A DNA stretch of 64,000 bases, from the NCBI GenBank assembly GCA_013239625.1, contig MU053911.1:943590-1007589 (forward strand). Direction: 5' to 3'. A model generated the notes under the pieces. The model did not search any database, was not told the origin of the DNA, and worked only from the letters and a program-made list of their open reading frames with translations. Below are positions 39,598-50,329 of this stretch, piece by piece. Numbering within the stretch: the first letter of the stretch is position 1; every line of letters starts with the position of its first letter. The position numbers and the translations under genes are program-made. Source of the stretch: Lama guanicoe (Eukaryota).

Positions 39598-39712
39598 TGA
39601 AAGAGAAGAAACAGAGGAGAGGTAGGAGAAAGGGAGGAGGGAGGAAGGGAGGAGGGAGGAAGGGAGGGGGAAAGAGAGAGGGAGGGGGAAAGAGAGAGGG
39701 AGGGAGAGAGAG
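39598..39712 (+). repeat. Polypurine GGGA-rich tandem tract
   Basis: Repeated ggaagggaggaggga and gggggaaagagag units with almost no pyrimidines. Confidence 0.85.
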
Positions 39713-40890
39713 GCTGTTGCCACCCTCCTGGCTAACTGAAATGCTTGTTCCCGAGATTACAGTAATTACAGCCCCAGCGTGAGTTCCATACAAGCGCTAA
39801 ATGAAACAGCACATCAATTAAAAAATAAACACTCCATTCTAAGAGAAAGACAACCCCCTGGGACGTCCTAACAAGCGTAAATGAACCTGCCAGGCCGCCC
39901 GCCCCTCGGGCCCCTCCCCGTCGAAGGTGGCTGCGAGCTGACGGGGGCGGCGCTCGCTGGCCGCGTCCCCAGCCGCCGGCCCGGGCAACCGCGGGGACGT
40001 GTCCGCGCGTCCGCGCCAGGGCTGGGCGCCGCCTCCCACCGCGGAGGAGGAGGCGCTGGCAAAAACAGTCAACTTGGGAGAGACGCCTGGCGTTCCAAAA
40101 GCACGAGGCGAAGAGAGAGGATCCAGCCGCAGTTTCCAGTCTGTCCTATTTATAAGTTTTTCTTTCTCCCTTTTTTTCCTCTTTTTCTCTTTTAAAGAAA
40201 GGGAATCAGGTTTCATAAGGGAGAACTGTGTCCGCATGCTTTATGTGTTTTACCTCACCTAATTAGTAGAACTCCTTTGAATGTACTGTGCCCCCACTCT
40301 CCAGTTGAGGAAACTGAGGCTCCCCCAGTCACTCAGCGGAGGCGGGAGGAGACCCGCCCCCGGGCCTGCCCGGGTGCCCGCGCCCCTCGCGCGCCTGCAG
40401 CTGGGCTCCCGGGCACCTCCTCGCGGGCCGCCCCCGGCCCTGCCCCACCGGCCGGGGTGAACTGCAGTCGTTCCACCCCTCCCACATTACCAAGCCTCCA
40501 CCACCATCGTTCTGAGAACCTTAAGAAGGGGACCCCTTCCCGGTCCCCCAAAACGCTCCCGCGCACACGCCCGCTCTCGGAGGGGCGCAGGGCCCCCTCG
40601 CCAGCAGGTCGCCCACTTTTGGGGAGCCTGGAAAGCAGGGGTTTGACTTGATCAAAACGGGCCTCGGAAAGCGCGCGCTGCATAACGCCTCGTCCCCAGT
40701 ACCCAAGCGCAGACTCGAGGAAATGGAACCCCGACCGCAGACGCGCTGAGCGCCGCGGGGACGGCAGTGGCAAAGCCTCCGTCTCTGCGGTCAACCCCAA
40801 GGTTACCCAAACTCCGGCCGCAGACAGCGCGCACGGCCGCGCGGACAGCCAGGCCCGCCCCAGGAAGGCTGGGCCTGGGGAGCGCGCAGA

Positions 40891-40960
40891 CTCCGCCCCG
40901 CGCCCCGGATTGGCGCGCCGGCCGCGGGCGGAGACCGAGTCCGCGCCGTATAAATATTCA
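40891..40960 (+). promoter_or_regulatory. FZD8 core promoter (GC box, inverted CCAAT, TATA)
   Basis: CCGCCC at 40893, ATTGG at 40909-40913 and TATAAA at 40949-40954 in canonical order. Predicted TSS about 40975-40985. Confidence 0.7.
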
Positions 40961-41732
40961 TGAGCCAGCCGGGGCGCAGCGGGGCCGGAGCGGGAAGTTG
41001 GCGAGGGGCGCTGCTCCCGCCGAGGAGGAGGAGGAGGTGGCGGGGCGCGGGCGCGCCGCTCAGGTGTCCGCTCCGCCTTCCGGCGTGGATTTGGCTCCGT
41101 GTGTCCCGCGAGAAGGGGAGCGCCGACACCTCGCCCGACTGCCTGCCGGAGCGCGGCGCAGATTTCCACCGGAGGCGGGGCCCGTCATCCCGGCGGCGGA
41201 CCGACGGAGGACAGAGGGCGGCGGCCTCGGCGGAGGCGGGCCGCGAACCCCGGCGGCAGCCGCGCGGCCTTGGGGGAGAGCATGAGCCCCGGGACGCCGA
41301 AAGGGGGCCGCAGGGGCTGACCTGGCGCAGAGCGGCCTGGCCCAGCCATCTTGACTGCGCACCGCGGCCCGAGAGGAAACTTGCAGCGCCGCCGCCCTCG
41401 GTGCCCGGCAAAGTCACCGGCGCGCGCGGAGAAAGCGAGCAAGGGAAGGACGATGAGCTGGGGGCCGGCCACTCTGCCCCGCGAGGGCTGAGCCCGGCCG
41501 GCGTGTGTGGGCAGACCCGGGGACAGGGGTGCCCTTCGGCAGCCACCTTCGGCTCCCGCAGCGCCGTGCGGACGCGTCCCGAGAAGGGACGAGGTTATCG
41601 GCAGAGCCTCTCCTGGGAGAGGCAGGAGAGAGCCCGGCTGGGCGCCCGGCCTTCCCTCCCCCGGCGCTCTCGCAGGACCCCCCGGCGCCCCTCCGCACGC
41701 CGCCCGGAGGGCGCGGGACCGAGGCTCGCAAC

Positions 41733-43592
41733 ATGGAGTGGGGTTACCTGTTGGAAGTGACCTCGTTGCTGGCAGCCCTGGCGCTGCTGCAGCGCTCTAG
41801 CGGCGCGGCGGCCGCCTCAGCTAAGGAGCTGGCGTGCCAGGAGATCACCGTGCCGCTGTGCAAGGGCATCGGCTACAACTACACCTACATGCCCAACCAG
41901 TTCAACCACGACACGCAGGACGAGGCGGGCCTGGAGGTGCACCAGTTCTGGCCGCTGGTGGAGATCCAGTGCTCGCCCGACCTCAAGTTCTTCCTATGCA
42001 GCATGTACACGCCCATCTGCCTGGAGGACTACAAGAAGCCCCTGCCTCCCTGCCGGTCGGTGTGCGAGCGCGCCAAGGCCGGCTGCGCGCCCCTCATGCG
42101 GCAGTACGGCTTCGCCTGGCCCGACCGCATGCGCTGCGACCGGCTGCCCGAGCAGGGCAACCCCGACACGTTGTGCATGGACTACAACCGCACGGACCTC
42201 ACCACGGCCGCGCCCAGCCCGCCGCGCCGCCCGCCGCCGCCGCCGCCCGGCCCGCAGCCACCCTCCGGCAGCACGGCGCCCTGCGAGCCGGGCTGCCAGT
42301 GCCGCGCGCCCATGGTGAGTGTGTCCAGCGAGCGGCACCCTCTCTACAACCGCGTCAAGACCGGCCAGATCGCCAACTGCGCGCTGCCCTGCCACAATCC
42401 GTTTTTCAGCCAGGACGAGCGCGCCTTCACTGTTTTCTGGATCGGCCTGTGGTCGGTGCTCTGCTTCGTGTCCACCTTCGCCACCGTGTCCACCTTCCTC
42501 ATCGACATGGAGCGCTTCAAGTACCCCGAGCGGCCCATCATCTTCCTCTCGGCCTGCTACCTCTTCGTGTCCGTCGGCTACCTGGTGCGCCTGGTGGCAG
42601 GCCACGAGAAGGTGGCGTGCAGCGGTGGCGCGGGGCCCGCGGGCGGGGCGGGGGGCGCGAGCGGCGCGGCGGCGGCGGGCGCGGGCGCAGCGGGCGCGGG
42701 CGCAGGTGGCCCGGGTGGGCGCGGCGAGTACGAGGAGCTGGGCGCAGTCGAGCAGCACGTGCGCTACGAGACCACCGGGCCGGCGCTGTGCACCGTGGTC
42801 TTCCTGCTCGTCTACTTCTTTGGCATGGCCAGCTCCATCTGGTGGGTGATCCTGTCGCTCACGTGGTTCCTGGCGGCGGGCATGAAGTGGGGTAACGAAG
42901 CCATCGCCGGCTACTCGCAGTACTTCCACCTGGCCGCGTGGCTCGTGCCCAGCGTCAAGTCCATCGCCGTGTTGGCGCTCAGCTCGGTGGACGGCGACCC
43001 GGTGGCGGGCATCTGCTACGTGGGCAACCAGAGTCTGGACAACCTGCGCGGCTTCGTGCTGGCGCCGCTGGTCATCTACCTCTTCATCGGCACCATGTTC
43101 CTGCTGGCTGGCTTCGTGTCTCTCTTCCGCATCCGCTCGGTCATCAAGCAGCAGGGCGGCCCCACCAAGACGCACAAGCTGGAGAAGCTCATGATCCGCC
43201 TGGGCCTCTTCACCGTGCTCTACACCGTGCCCGCTGCCGTCGTGGTCGCTTGCCTCTTCTACGAGCAGCACAACCGCCCGCGCTGGGAGGCCACGCACAA
43301 CTGCCCGTGCCTGCGGGACCTGCAGCCGGACCAGGCGCGCCGGCCCGACTACGCCGTCTTCATGCTCAAGTACTTCATGTGCCTGGTGGTGGGCATCACC
43401 TCCGGCGTGTGGGTCTGGTCGGGCAAGACGCTCGAGTCGTGGCGCGCGCTGTGCACCCGCTGCTGCTGGGCCAGCAAAGGCCCGGGCGCGGCGGGCGCGG
43501 CGGGGGGCGGCCCGGACACCGGCTTGACGTGGCGGTCGGGCACGGCCAGCTCCGTATCGTATCCAAAGCAGATGCTCTTGTCCCAGGTCTGA
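41733..43592 (+). CDS. FZD8: Frizzled class receptor 8, intronless, 619 aa
   Basis: Starts MEWGYLLEVTSLLAALALLQ (signal peptide; Kozak aacATGG). Then a 10-Cys frizzled CRD (CQEITVPLCKGIGYNYTYMPNQFNH...), 7 TM segments, the KTxxxW motif (KTLESW, 43425-43442) and a C-terminal PDZ ligand SQV. The track's GTG start at 41505 is 76 codons upstream of the true ATG. Confidence 0.98.
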   Translation: MEWGYLLEVTSLLAALALLQRSSGAAAASAKELACQEITVPLCKGIGYNYTYMPNQFNHDTQDEAGLEVHQFWPLVEIQCSPDLKFFLCSMYTPICLEDYKKPLPPCRSVCERAKAGCAPLMRQYGFAWPDRMRCDRLPEQGNPDTLCMDYNRTDLTTAAPSPPRRPPPPPPGPQPPSGSTAPCEPGCQCRAPMVSVSSERHPLYNRVKTGQIANCALPCHNPFFSQDERAFTVFWIGLWSVLCFVSTFATVSTFLIDMERFKYPERPIIFLSACYLFVSVGYLVRLVAGHEKVACSGGAGPAGGAGGASGAAAAGAGAAGAGAGGPGGRGEYEELGAVEQHVRYETTGPALCTVVFLLVYFFGMASSIWWVILSLTWFLAAGMKWGNEAIAGYSQYFHLAAWLVPSVKSIAVLALSSVDGDPVAGICYVGNQSLDNLRGFVLAPLVIYLFIGTMFLLAGFVSLFRIRSVIKQQGGPTKTHKLEKLMIRLGLFTVLYTVPAAVVVACLFYEQHNRPRWEATHNCPCLRDLQPDQARRPDYAVFMLKYFMCLVVGITSGVWVWSGKTLESWRALCTRCCWASKGPGAAGAAGGGPDTGLTWRSGTASSVSYPKQMLLSQV

Positions 43593-44291
43593 GCGGAGGG
43601 GAGGGGGCGCCCGGGAGGCAGGGGGAGGGGCGAGGCGACCGAGGCTGCGAGGGGGACACTCGAAGGCAGAGGTTCCCACCCCTCCACCGTGTTGATTGCT
43701 ATTAGCATGATAATGAACTCTTAATGGTATCCATTAGCTGGGACTTAGAGGACTCGCTTAGAACAAAGTACCTGGCATTGAAGGCTCCCAGACCCGGCCC
43801 CTTTCCTCCACCGACGGCCGAGGGGTTCCTCCCGGCAGGCGTTCGTTCCTGTTGGCAGAGGAGCGTGAACTTCGCTGCCGCGTTTCCAGGACCCAGGGTT
43901 TGGAGCCCTTGCTGGTTGCCGTTTGCTGAGCTTGAAGCCAGACCTACAGATTTCACCTGAGGGACCTTGTCTTCTCCCTCGATTCTCCCACGTAAACTCT
44001 GACGTCTAACATGTCCTAGAAGAGGGATGACCATGGCCTAACGGGATGGCACGGTTCGGGTATTCTTAATGACCAGGCAAATGCCTTAAGTACACAAGCA
44101 AGAAATGTCTTAATTATACACCCCAAGTAAACACGGGTTTCTTACATTAGAGGATGTATTTATATAATTATTTGTTAATTGTAAAAATGTGTAAAATATG
44201 TACATATCCAAAGATATACAGTCTGTACATTTTCTTGTAAAAAGTTTAGAGGCCACCCCTGTAAGAACAAATATAAGTATTCTATTTTGTC

Positions 44292-44297
44292 AATAAA
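44292..44297 (+). terminator. FZD8 polyadenylation signal
   Basis: AATAAA at the end of an AU-rich 3'UTR block with upstream TGTA elements, about 700 nt after the stop. Confidence 0.75.
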
Positions 44298-46363
44298 ATG
44301 ACTTTTGATAAATGATTTAAACATTGCCCCCTCCCCCTGCCTCTTCCAAACTGTTACCTTTAAAGTGCTTGCGGAGGGCACGTTGGAAACATGGACATTT
44401 TCTGGTTTCTCATTATGTTCACGGACGTTAGGCATGGAGAAAATGATCTGTTAAACTAGTTCATAAGTTGTTAGCGGAGTGAGTATTACTGTCGAACTGC
44501 ACTCAAAATTGAGATTTTAGCACCTTTCCGAAAAGATGTTTTTCATGGCATCTCTTTTCTGATCCGTGGTGAACAACACTCACCTTAGTTTATGTAAATG
44601 GGACCTTCCACAAGGCCGTAATTCCACTCCGGCCTTGTTATTTATCTTGTGTAATATCACTAAAGGCTTCCAACCCCACGTTCACTTCTGGCGTCCGTGA
44701 TTTTGGAGGCACCTGCTCTTGCAGGACGGAGCACACTGAAGGGTCGAGGTTAATGTTTGAAAGCATCGATCACACTTTACGGTGTAAGTCACTTGACAAT
44801 CTGGTAGCCGACCAGGCGTTCCTTCATGGATTAAACTAACGGGTTAACATCTTAATAACCTTCCAGGCTTGTGTCGTCCAATGCGCTGCTTTTCCTAGAG
44901 AAAAAGCTATTGTTCCTCTGTCAAGACTAAGCTAATTTATTGGAGCAGAAGGCTGTTGAATTAGCAGAAGAATGCTTTGGCAATTGTTGAACTTTTTACC
45001 TGTCTGCCCAGTGGCTCAGCACATCCTTTAAGAGGAGCCAAATGAATAGGGTTAATCTGTAGGGAACTTGGTCTTTTGAGTTGGAAAACCTTTGATCTTT
45101 TCTCCTCTCCAAATGTGCCGTATAGTCTGAAGTCTCTCCCTGCTGCCCGGCTCCTCTTGGTGCAGACCAATTGGCCACCGCAGAGCCTTAAAGTTCTTCC
45201 ATTAAAGGGCTGTGGGACTTTTACTTTAAAAAGGAGAGAGAGCGGGGGAGAGGAAGACTTGTAACAGTTCGTGAAGACCAGAGGCACAAGTGCGCGCAGC
45301 CTTTTAAACAGCTTTTCCCTGCATTGTTAGCCAGCCTGCAGGCAGCTAGGCATGGGTTGAGACATTATAGAAAAAGGCTCTGAATGCCCTACAGGTGGTC
45401 TGCGCACTTAATCCCCCAATTTAAAGCGTTTTCCTTTGCTGGACAATTGCATTACAAAACTCCCTTCTTTTTCGCTCCTAATTGAACCAATGAACTATTA
45501 TAAACTACAAGTTTTTCTTTAAAAAAAAAAACATCAGTGCCTAAATTCTTTGACTACATTCTGGCCAGTTTTCTGGACTGAACTTTGAAAGCACCGGAAG
45601 TAAAAGCTGCTTCAGACATTTCTCTTTTTCAGATATTTTTCTTCCTCACACTTGGTATTTTCTGACAGATGAGCAATAATTTAAAAGTAATTGGTGAGGT
45701 TGTGTGTTCCTACTGAAAAGATAGCCCCGGGTCCCTTATTAACCTGTCAATCAAGATAAGAAATGGGCAGTTACCCTGCTAATGATGGCGGCATCCAACA
45801 TGGTGGGGTGGGTGGGGTCCGGTTCACTGCGTCCTGCTAAGAAGTTTGTTCTCTTTACTTTTCCTAATAGGAATATTTAGTGCTTTAAATTTTTTTTATT
45901 TTTGTTGAGAGGATGGAAACTACTTCTTTGACTGGTCTTTCTCATGTAAGAGGCTTTTAAGAGGAGTTTCTTGGTAGAAACATTTTGCAAGTCCCTCGCA
46001 GAGTCATTCGTGGGGTTAATTGGATTTTTCGAGGTAGATATGCAGTAAGAACCCCGACCTTAGTTATCATGCTGACTGTTTTTTAAAGTCAGAGCCACTG
46101 GAAAAATCTGCACCTTCTGAGAGTTTATTCATTAAAGGATGACTGCTTTGTAACTTGGGGACCAAGGAGTGGCCTGAGTCGAACCCATACGGTGACTCAC
46201 AGGTACTGTAGTGTCCACGAACGGCATTTTCAGTTATAAGGAAGAACTTCGAGGGCAGTTCCCGTAGTCCTTGCACACATGTGAGATGGAGAGAGAGTTA
46301 GAGACTAGCTGCATTTGGCTTCCTGTTTTAGGACTTATGTTCAACTTTGAAGCTGTCTCCCTG

Positions 46364-46452
46364 GAGGGAGGGGGCATCTCAGCGGTGGAGCACATGCTTA
46401 GCGTGCGTGGGGGCCTGGGCTCAGTCCCCAGTGCCTACATTTATTTTTTAAG
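46364..46452 (+). mobile_element. tRNA-derived SINE (diverged)
   Basis: ctcagcggtggagcacatgcttagc... TSD-like gaagctgtctccct / ggagctttttccct. Confidence 0.75.
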
Positions 46453-48079
46453 TGGAGCTTTTTCCCTTTATTTCTTCAATATATCCTTGTAAATTGCCAC
46501 TTTTGATAACTTTTACCAAACGGCTATTAAATGTGTTCAATATAAGCAAAAAGCTTCGACAGAAAACCTCCCCAGCATCCTGAGGCCCGCCCGCAGGGGG
46601 ACAGCCGGGGCCTGTGGCCCCTGTGCTCATAGGGACTGACTGTAGTGACTGATCTCAGAGCGCAGGGGCTGGTTGTGCGCCTTGAAAGCTAACGCTTAAG
46701 TTGCCAGGTTGCCAACACCCAAATGGTATCTATTCATGGGATTTAAAAACAAAAACAAATCGGTTTGAGGGATGGGAAAAGCAAGGGACAGGCCTACTCT
46801 GGCTGGGAGATGAATGTCCATAACGTCTCATGTGGTTAAAACCATGAGAAAAGCCAACGCTTATTAAAATTACTTGTGGGAGAAGCTATGTGAAACACTT
46901 TCTTTTTGCTTTATAATAAATGCAATTTGAAAATACCATAAAACAGAGGGGAAATGGATAAGGGCAAACCTTGTCACCGTGACAGTTCCTTCACCTGCGC
47001 TGATGGCCCTGAAGGTCTCTGGAATCCTTCAGAGTTTCTGGGGGGAGGGGGAAAGAGAAAAGTCACACACAGAGCCTCAAGCAGCTGTGGGCACAGCTTG
47101 CAAGTCAGCATAGGTGACAAAGGTCCCCTGAGACGCGCCTCGTGTCTCCCCACACGACGCTCTGCTGCCACCTTGCGGTGCCGCAGAGTTCCAGCACCAA
47201 GGATGCGCGGGACCAGCACTGCAGGTCCTTCCCTCCAAACGCGGAGCCCCTGGTCCCCGCCCAGATGGCCCGCAGCTGTTGTGTTCAGAATTTTGAACTC
47301 TTTCCCGCAAGAAAAAGATCCCCAAACTGCATCAATTTAAGGCCCCACAAGACCTCCATTGAATTAAATCCTCAATATAACAGTTATGCTAAAAATTATC
47401 AATAAGCTGTGTTGAAATTCAACAGTCTTTTTTAAAAATTATCTTCTGAGTTGCTTTTATGTAAAGAATGAGCCGCTCACCAAAGATTCACCACATTTAA
47501 TGGGAGGAAGAATAAGCCAGGAAGACTGTCTGGAGGTGGCTTGTTAATTTCTGCACACTTCAGTTTCCCACCGTGTAGTTGGTGCTGAGTCCAGGGGACA
47601 CTCCTCTGCGCCCCCTACAAGTGCTGCTGGCTTGGGAGGGGCAGGGGCCCCCTTGTCTGGAACAGAAGGAATAGAAGCCGCACCAGGATCCACATCAACC
47701 AAAGGGAAAAGAGGGCATCGCTCGGGAGTCGGGAGCAGTGGAGAAGGCGTGGGGAGACGGAAGACCAGGGGCGGGAAGACCAGGCCTGCGAGCAGAGTGT
47801 GAAAGGCAGCTTCACGAAGCCCACATCCGAAGGCTTCTTCCTTCTGGGATCGCAGTGGCTGGGCGGGGGCTGGGAGGGAGGAGGAGAGCTGGTCAAGGGA
47901 CTGAGGACGGAAGACGCTCTCGGAGGTCACCTACAGGGTCCTGGGGTCCTAAGTGGTTATCGGGACTCTCGCTGCTCCGTGGACAAGGGACAGTGGCAAG
48001 GCCTAGTGTTGAGGGAGGTGGACTCAGAAGCCACATCGATCGCCACCCGCAGCTTCCCGCACGCACAGGTCACTGCTTC

Positions 48080-48165
48080 ACTTACAGGCCGGAAATTGAC
48101 GCCCAGAGAGGACTGGACTTGCCCAAGGTCACACAGCCAGGAGCACAGCTGGGCCTGGAAGCCAC
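48080..48165 (-). mobile_element. MIR fragment
   Basis: ttacag...ggaaattga.gcccagagag...acttgcccaaggtcacacagc. Confidence 0.6.
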
Positions 48166-50099
48166 GGATGCTACGTGTCACTCCTAATAGTAGCGACAGC
48201 TCATTTCCGCTGCCCTGGTTTCTGTAAGTCCCTGCAGCCACCAGCCGCCACATGCTTTCGTCCCTGATGTCAGCTGCCCGGCCATGTGCACCCAGTCCCA
48301 GAATCGTCCCAGAGCACAGGTTTCCAACACAGGTTTGCTGACCCACACGGGAACAGACGAGCACTGCCTGAGAGGCTGCCGGGGCGACTTTGGGAAGGTT
48401 TGGGCCCGCACCCACAGTGACACAGTCTTTGGCCAAGATCACACTTCCTAGTTGATACCAAGGCCCAAGGACAGTCTGCCTGCTACTTAGTGAGGTGCAG
48501 TGACCGGAGGAGGGACAGGGCCAGTGGCTGATGGAGTCACACCACCCTGGTCAGCAGGGGCCTGGGGCCTCTAGAAGGAAGGGGCGCTCTAGGCCCCCGG
48601 GGCAGCAGAGCCAGAGGGAGCAGGAAACAGCCCCAGTGAGCACTGCGAAGTCTCTGGAGGGAGGGGACAGGAGCGCAGTGGATTCAGACCAAGGCCCCGG
48701 GACATGCCCAGGAGGACGGTGGTACCTGAAGGGGCGGCAGGAAGGATGGAGTGAGGGCAGACGGCCAGGCCAGGGCAACGTCGGGATAGTTCGTAAGTAA
48801 TGACCACGTTTTCACAGCCTTCCAAGCCTTGGGGAGCCCCACCACTCAGCCAGGACAAAGGTACCTATTTATGAGCCTTATTTAACACTCAAGTGAACCA
48901 TACACTAATTAAAATCAGAAAAACAATTTCCAGCGTCCGTTCCGTGACAAAGCTGTTTGTAAGTAACCAGCACCCTGGCGGTGGCTCTCACCCCTGCCGA
49001 CACCCACAAGTACAGGGGTGCCTCCACCAGCCACTGTGGCCAGCAGCACCCCGAGCAGGTGAACCAGAACTCCTGGGGAGCCCGAGCTTTCTAAAACCAG
49101 CCAGGGGGACGAGTCGCACGTGTAGGCAGCGTTGAAAGCCAGTGAATGGAACTGATATGATCTAAAAATGAAACCACAAAATACAGATAGAAATCAGCTG
49201 AGCCAAGGGCTCTTGTCATCCAATTTGCCTCATTTAAACGGAAGTAGTTTTTTTTTCTTTTTGTCACCTTGAGTAAACATTTGGGAGAGGACAGGGGTGC
49301 CCCCAGCTGGTCGGAAGGGAGAACTTCATGCTTTGCTGTTGCAAACCAAAGCTCTTGCGGCACAGCGTTGTTTGGATAACCCTGCCTTCTCTTCCACTTG
49401 TAAAGTCATAACAGAGAACAGGGTACACAGGGTAGGATTCTTTTAAACAAGAAATTAGACCCAATAGGTAAACCTCCAAGGAGCCAAGAAAAGCGGACTC
49501 ACCCAGTGGTGACCTAGTCTGGGTGTGACTTTCGACAACCAGGTGACTGTCACCTCGTCGTCCTGGAGACGGGGGTGGGGGCTGGGATCCTGAGTGTGTG
49601 TGGATACATGTACCTTTTAAAGGAACGTGACACTACCTCCCCTGATGCTGGAACTTTGCTCACATTTTACAATTGTAGGATAATGTTTATTCAGGGCAGA
49701 AATCTCCTTCCTCTGGGGACCCAGGAAGAAGGGGCGAGTCCTTGACCAAAGCCTCAGAAAGTGAAACTCACTCCCCAAGTGAACTCTGAGGTTTTCCTGA
49801 GTCTACAGATATCTTAACTGCTACACTGCATCCTATTTCTGTAAGAAACAGTCCAAGTAGAAGGTCGAAGGTGAAACCCATGGGAGGGATACGAATCTCG
49901 TGTCATACTGTTAAAGCGCATACGTAGCTATACTTAACGGGAACCAAAAAGAAGCTAATAACTCAATTTAGTCATTCTGGAAAATATCGCATAATGAACG
50001 TTGCTTTTACCTGCTTGACTTAGAGATTCTCCAGGAAGCTGCAGAAAGCCAGCGAAATGGAGAGGTTCAGAACACGGACTCAGGACACCCTGCCTGGGC

Positions 50100-50240
50100 C
50101 AGGTTCTCAGCCTCTGTCTGCCTCAGTTTGCCCCTCTGTGAAATGGGAATGAGACAGGTTCCTGCTTCAGTGGGTCTCAGGGTAACTGTGAGGAGTGAAT
50201 GCAGACAGAACAAGGTGAGCGGCACTGCCTGGAACAGTGG
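50100..50240 (+). mobile_element. MIR fragment
   Basis: cctctgtctgcctcagtttgcccctctgtgaaatggga core. Confidence 0.65.
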
Positions 50241-50329
50241 GAGGCGGCCAGCGTCATCGAAGCCTGTTTTTCTGTAGCGATGCTTCCTTGTGCATTTTTG
50301 CATTATTTATTTTTATTATGACCAAAAAA

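Larger units (their letters stand above)
39880..43700. promoter_or_regulatory. CpG island over the FZD8 promoter, 5'UTR and CDS
   Basis: Very high GC and CpG density throughout, with one short AT-rich interruption near 40140-40290. Confidence 0.9.

Noticed and set aside
1..40000. HARE5 enhancer of FZD8
   Set aside because: As I recall it lies several hundred kb upstream in human, so outside this window; I cannot recognise it here.
41505..41732. 76-aa N-terminal extension of FZD8 from a GTG
   Set aside because: The known N-terminus and signal peptide begin at ATG 41733 in good Kozak context. The extension is low-complexity leader sequence.
41994..43679. 561-aa antisense ORF, plus the 353-aa and 255-aa alternative-frame ORFs over FZD8
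   Set aside because: Shadow ORFs expected from extreme GC3 codon bias; no recognisable domain.
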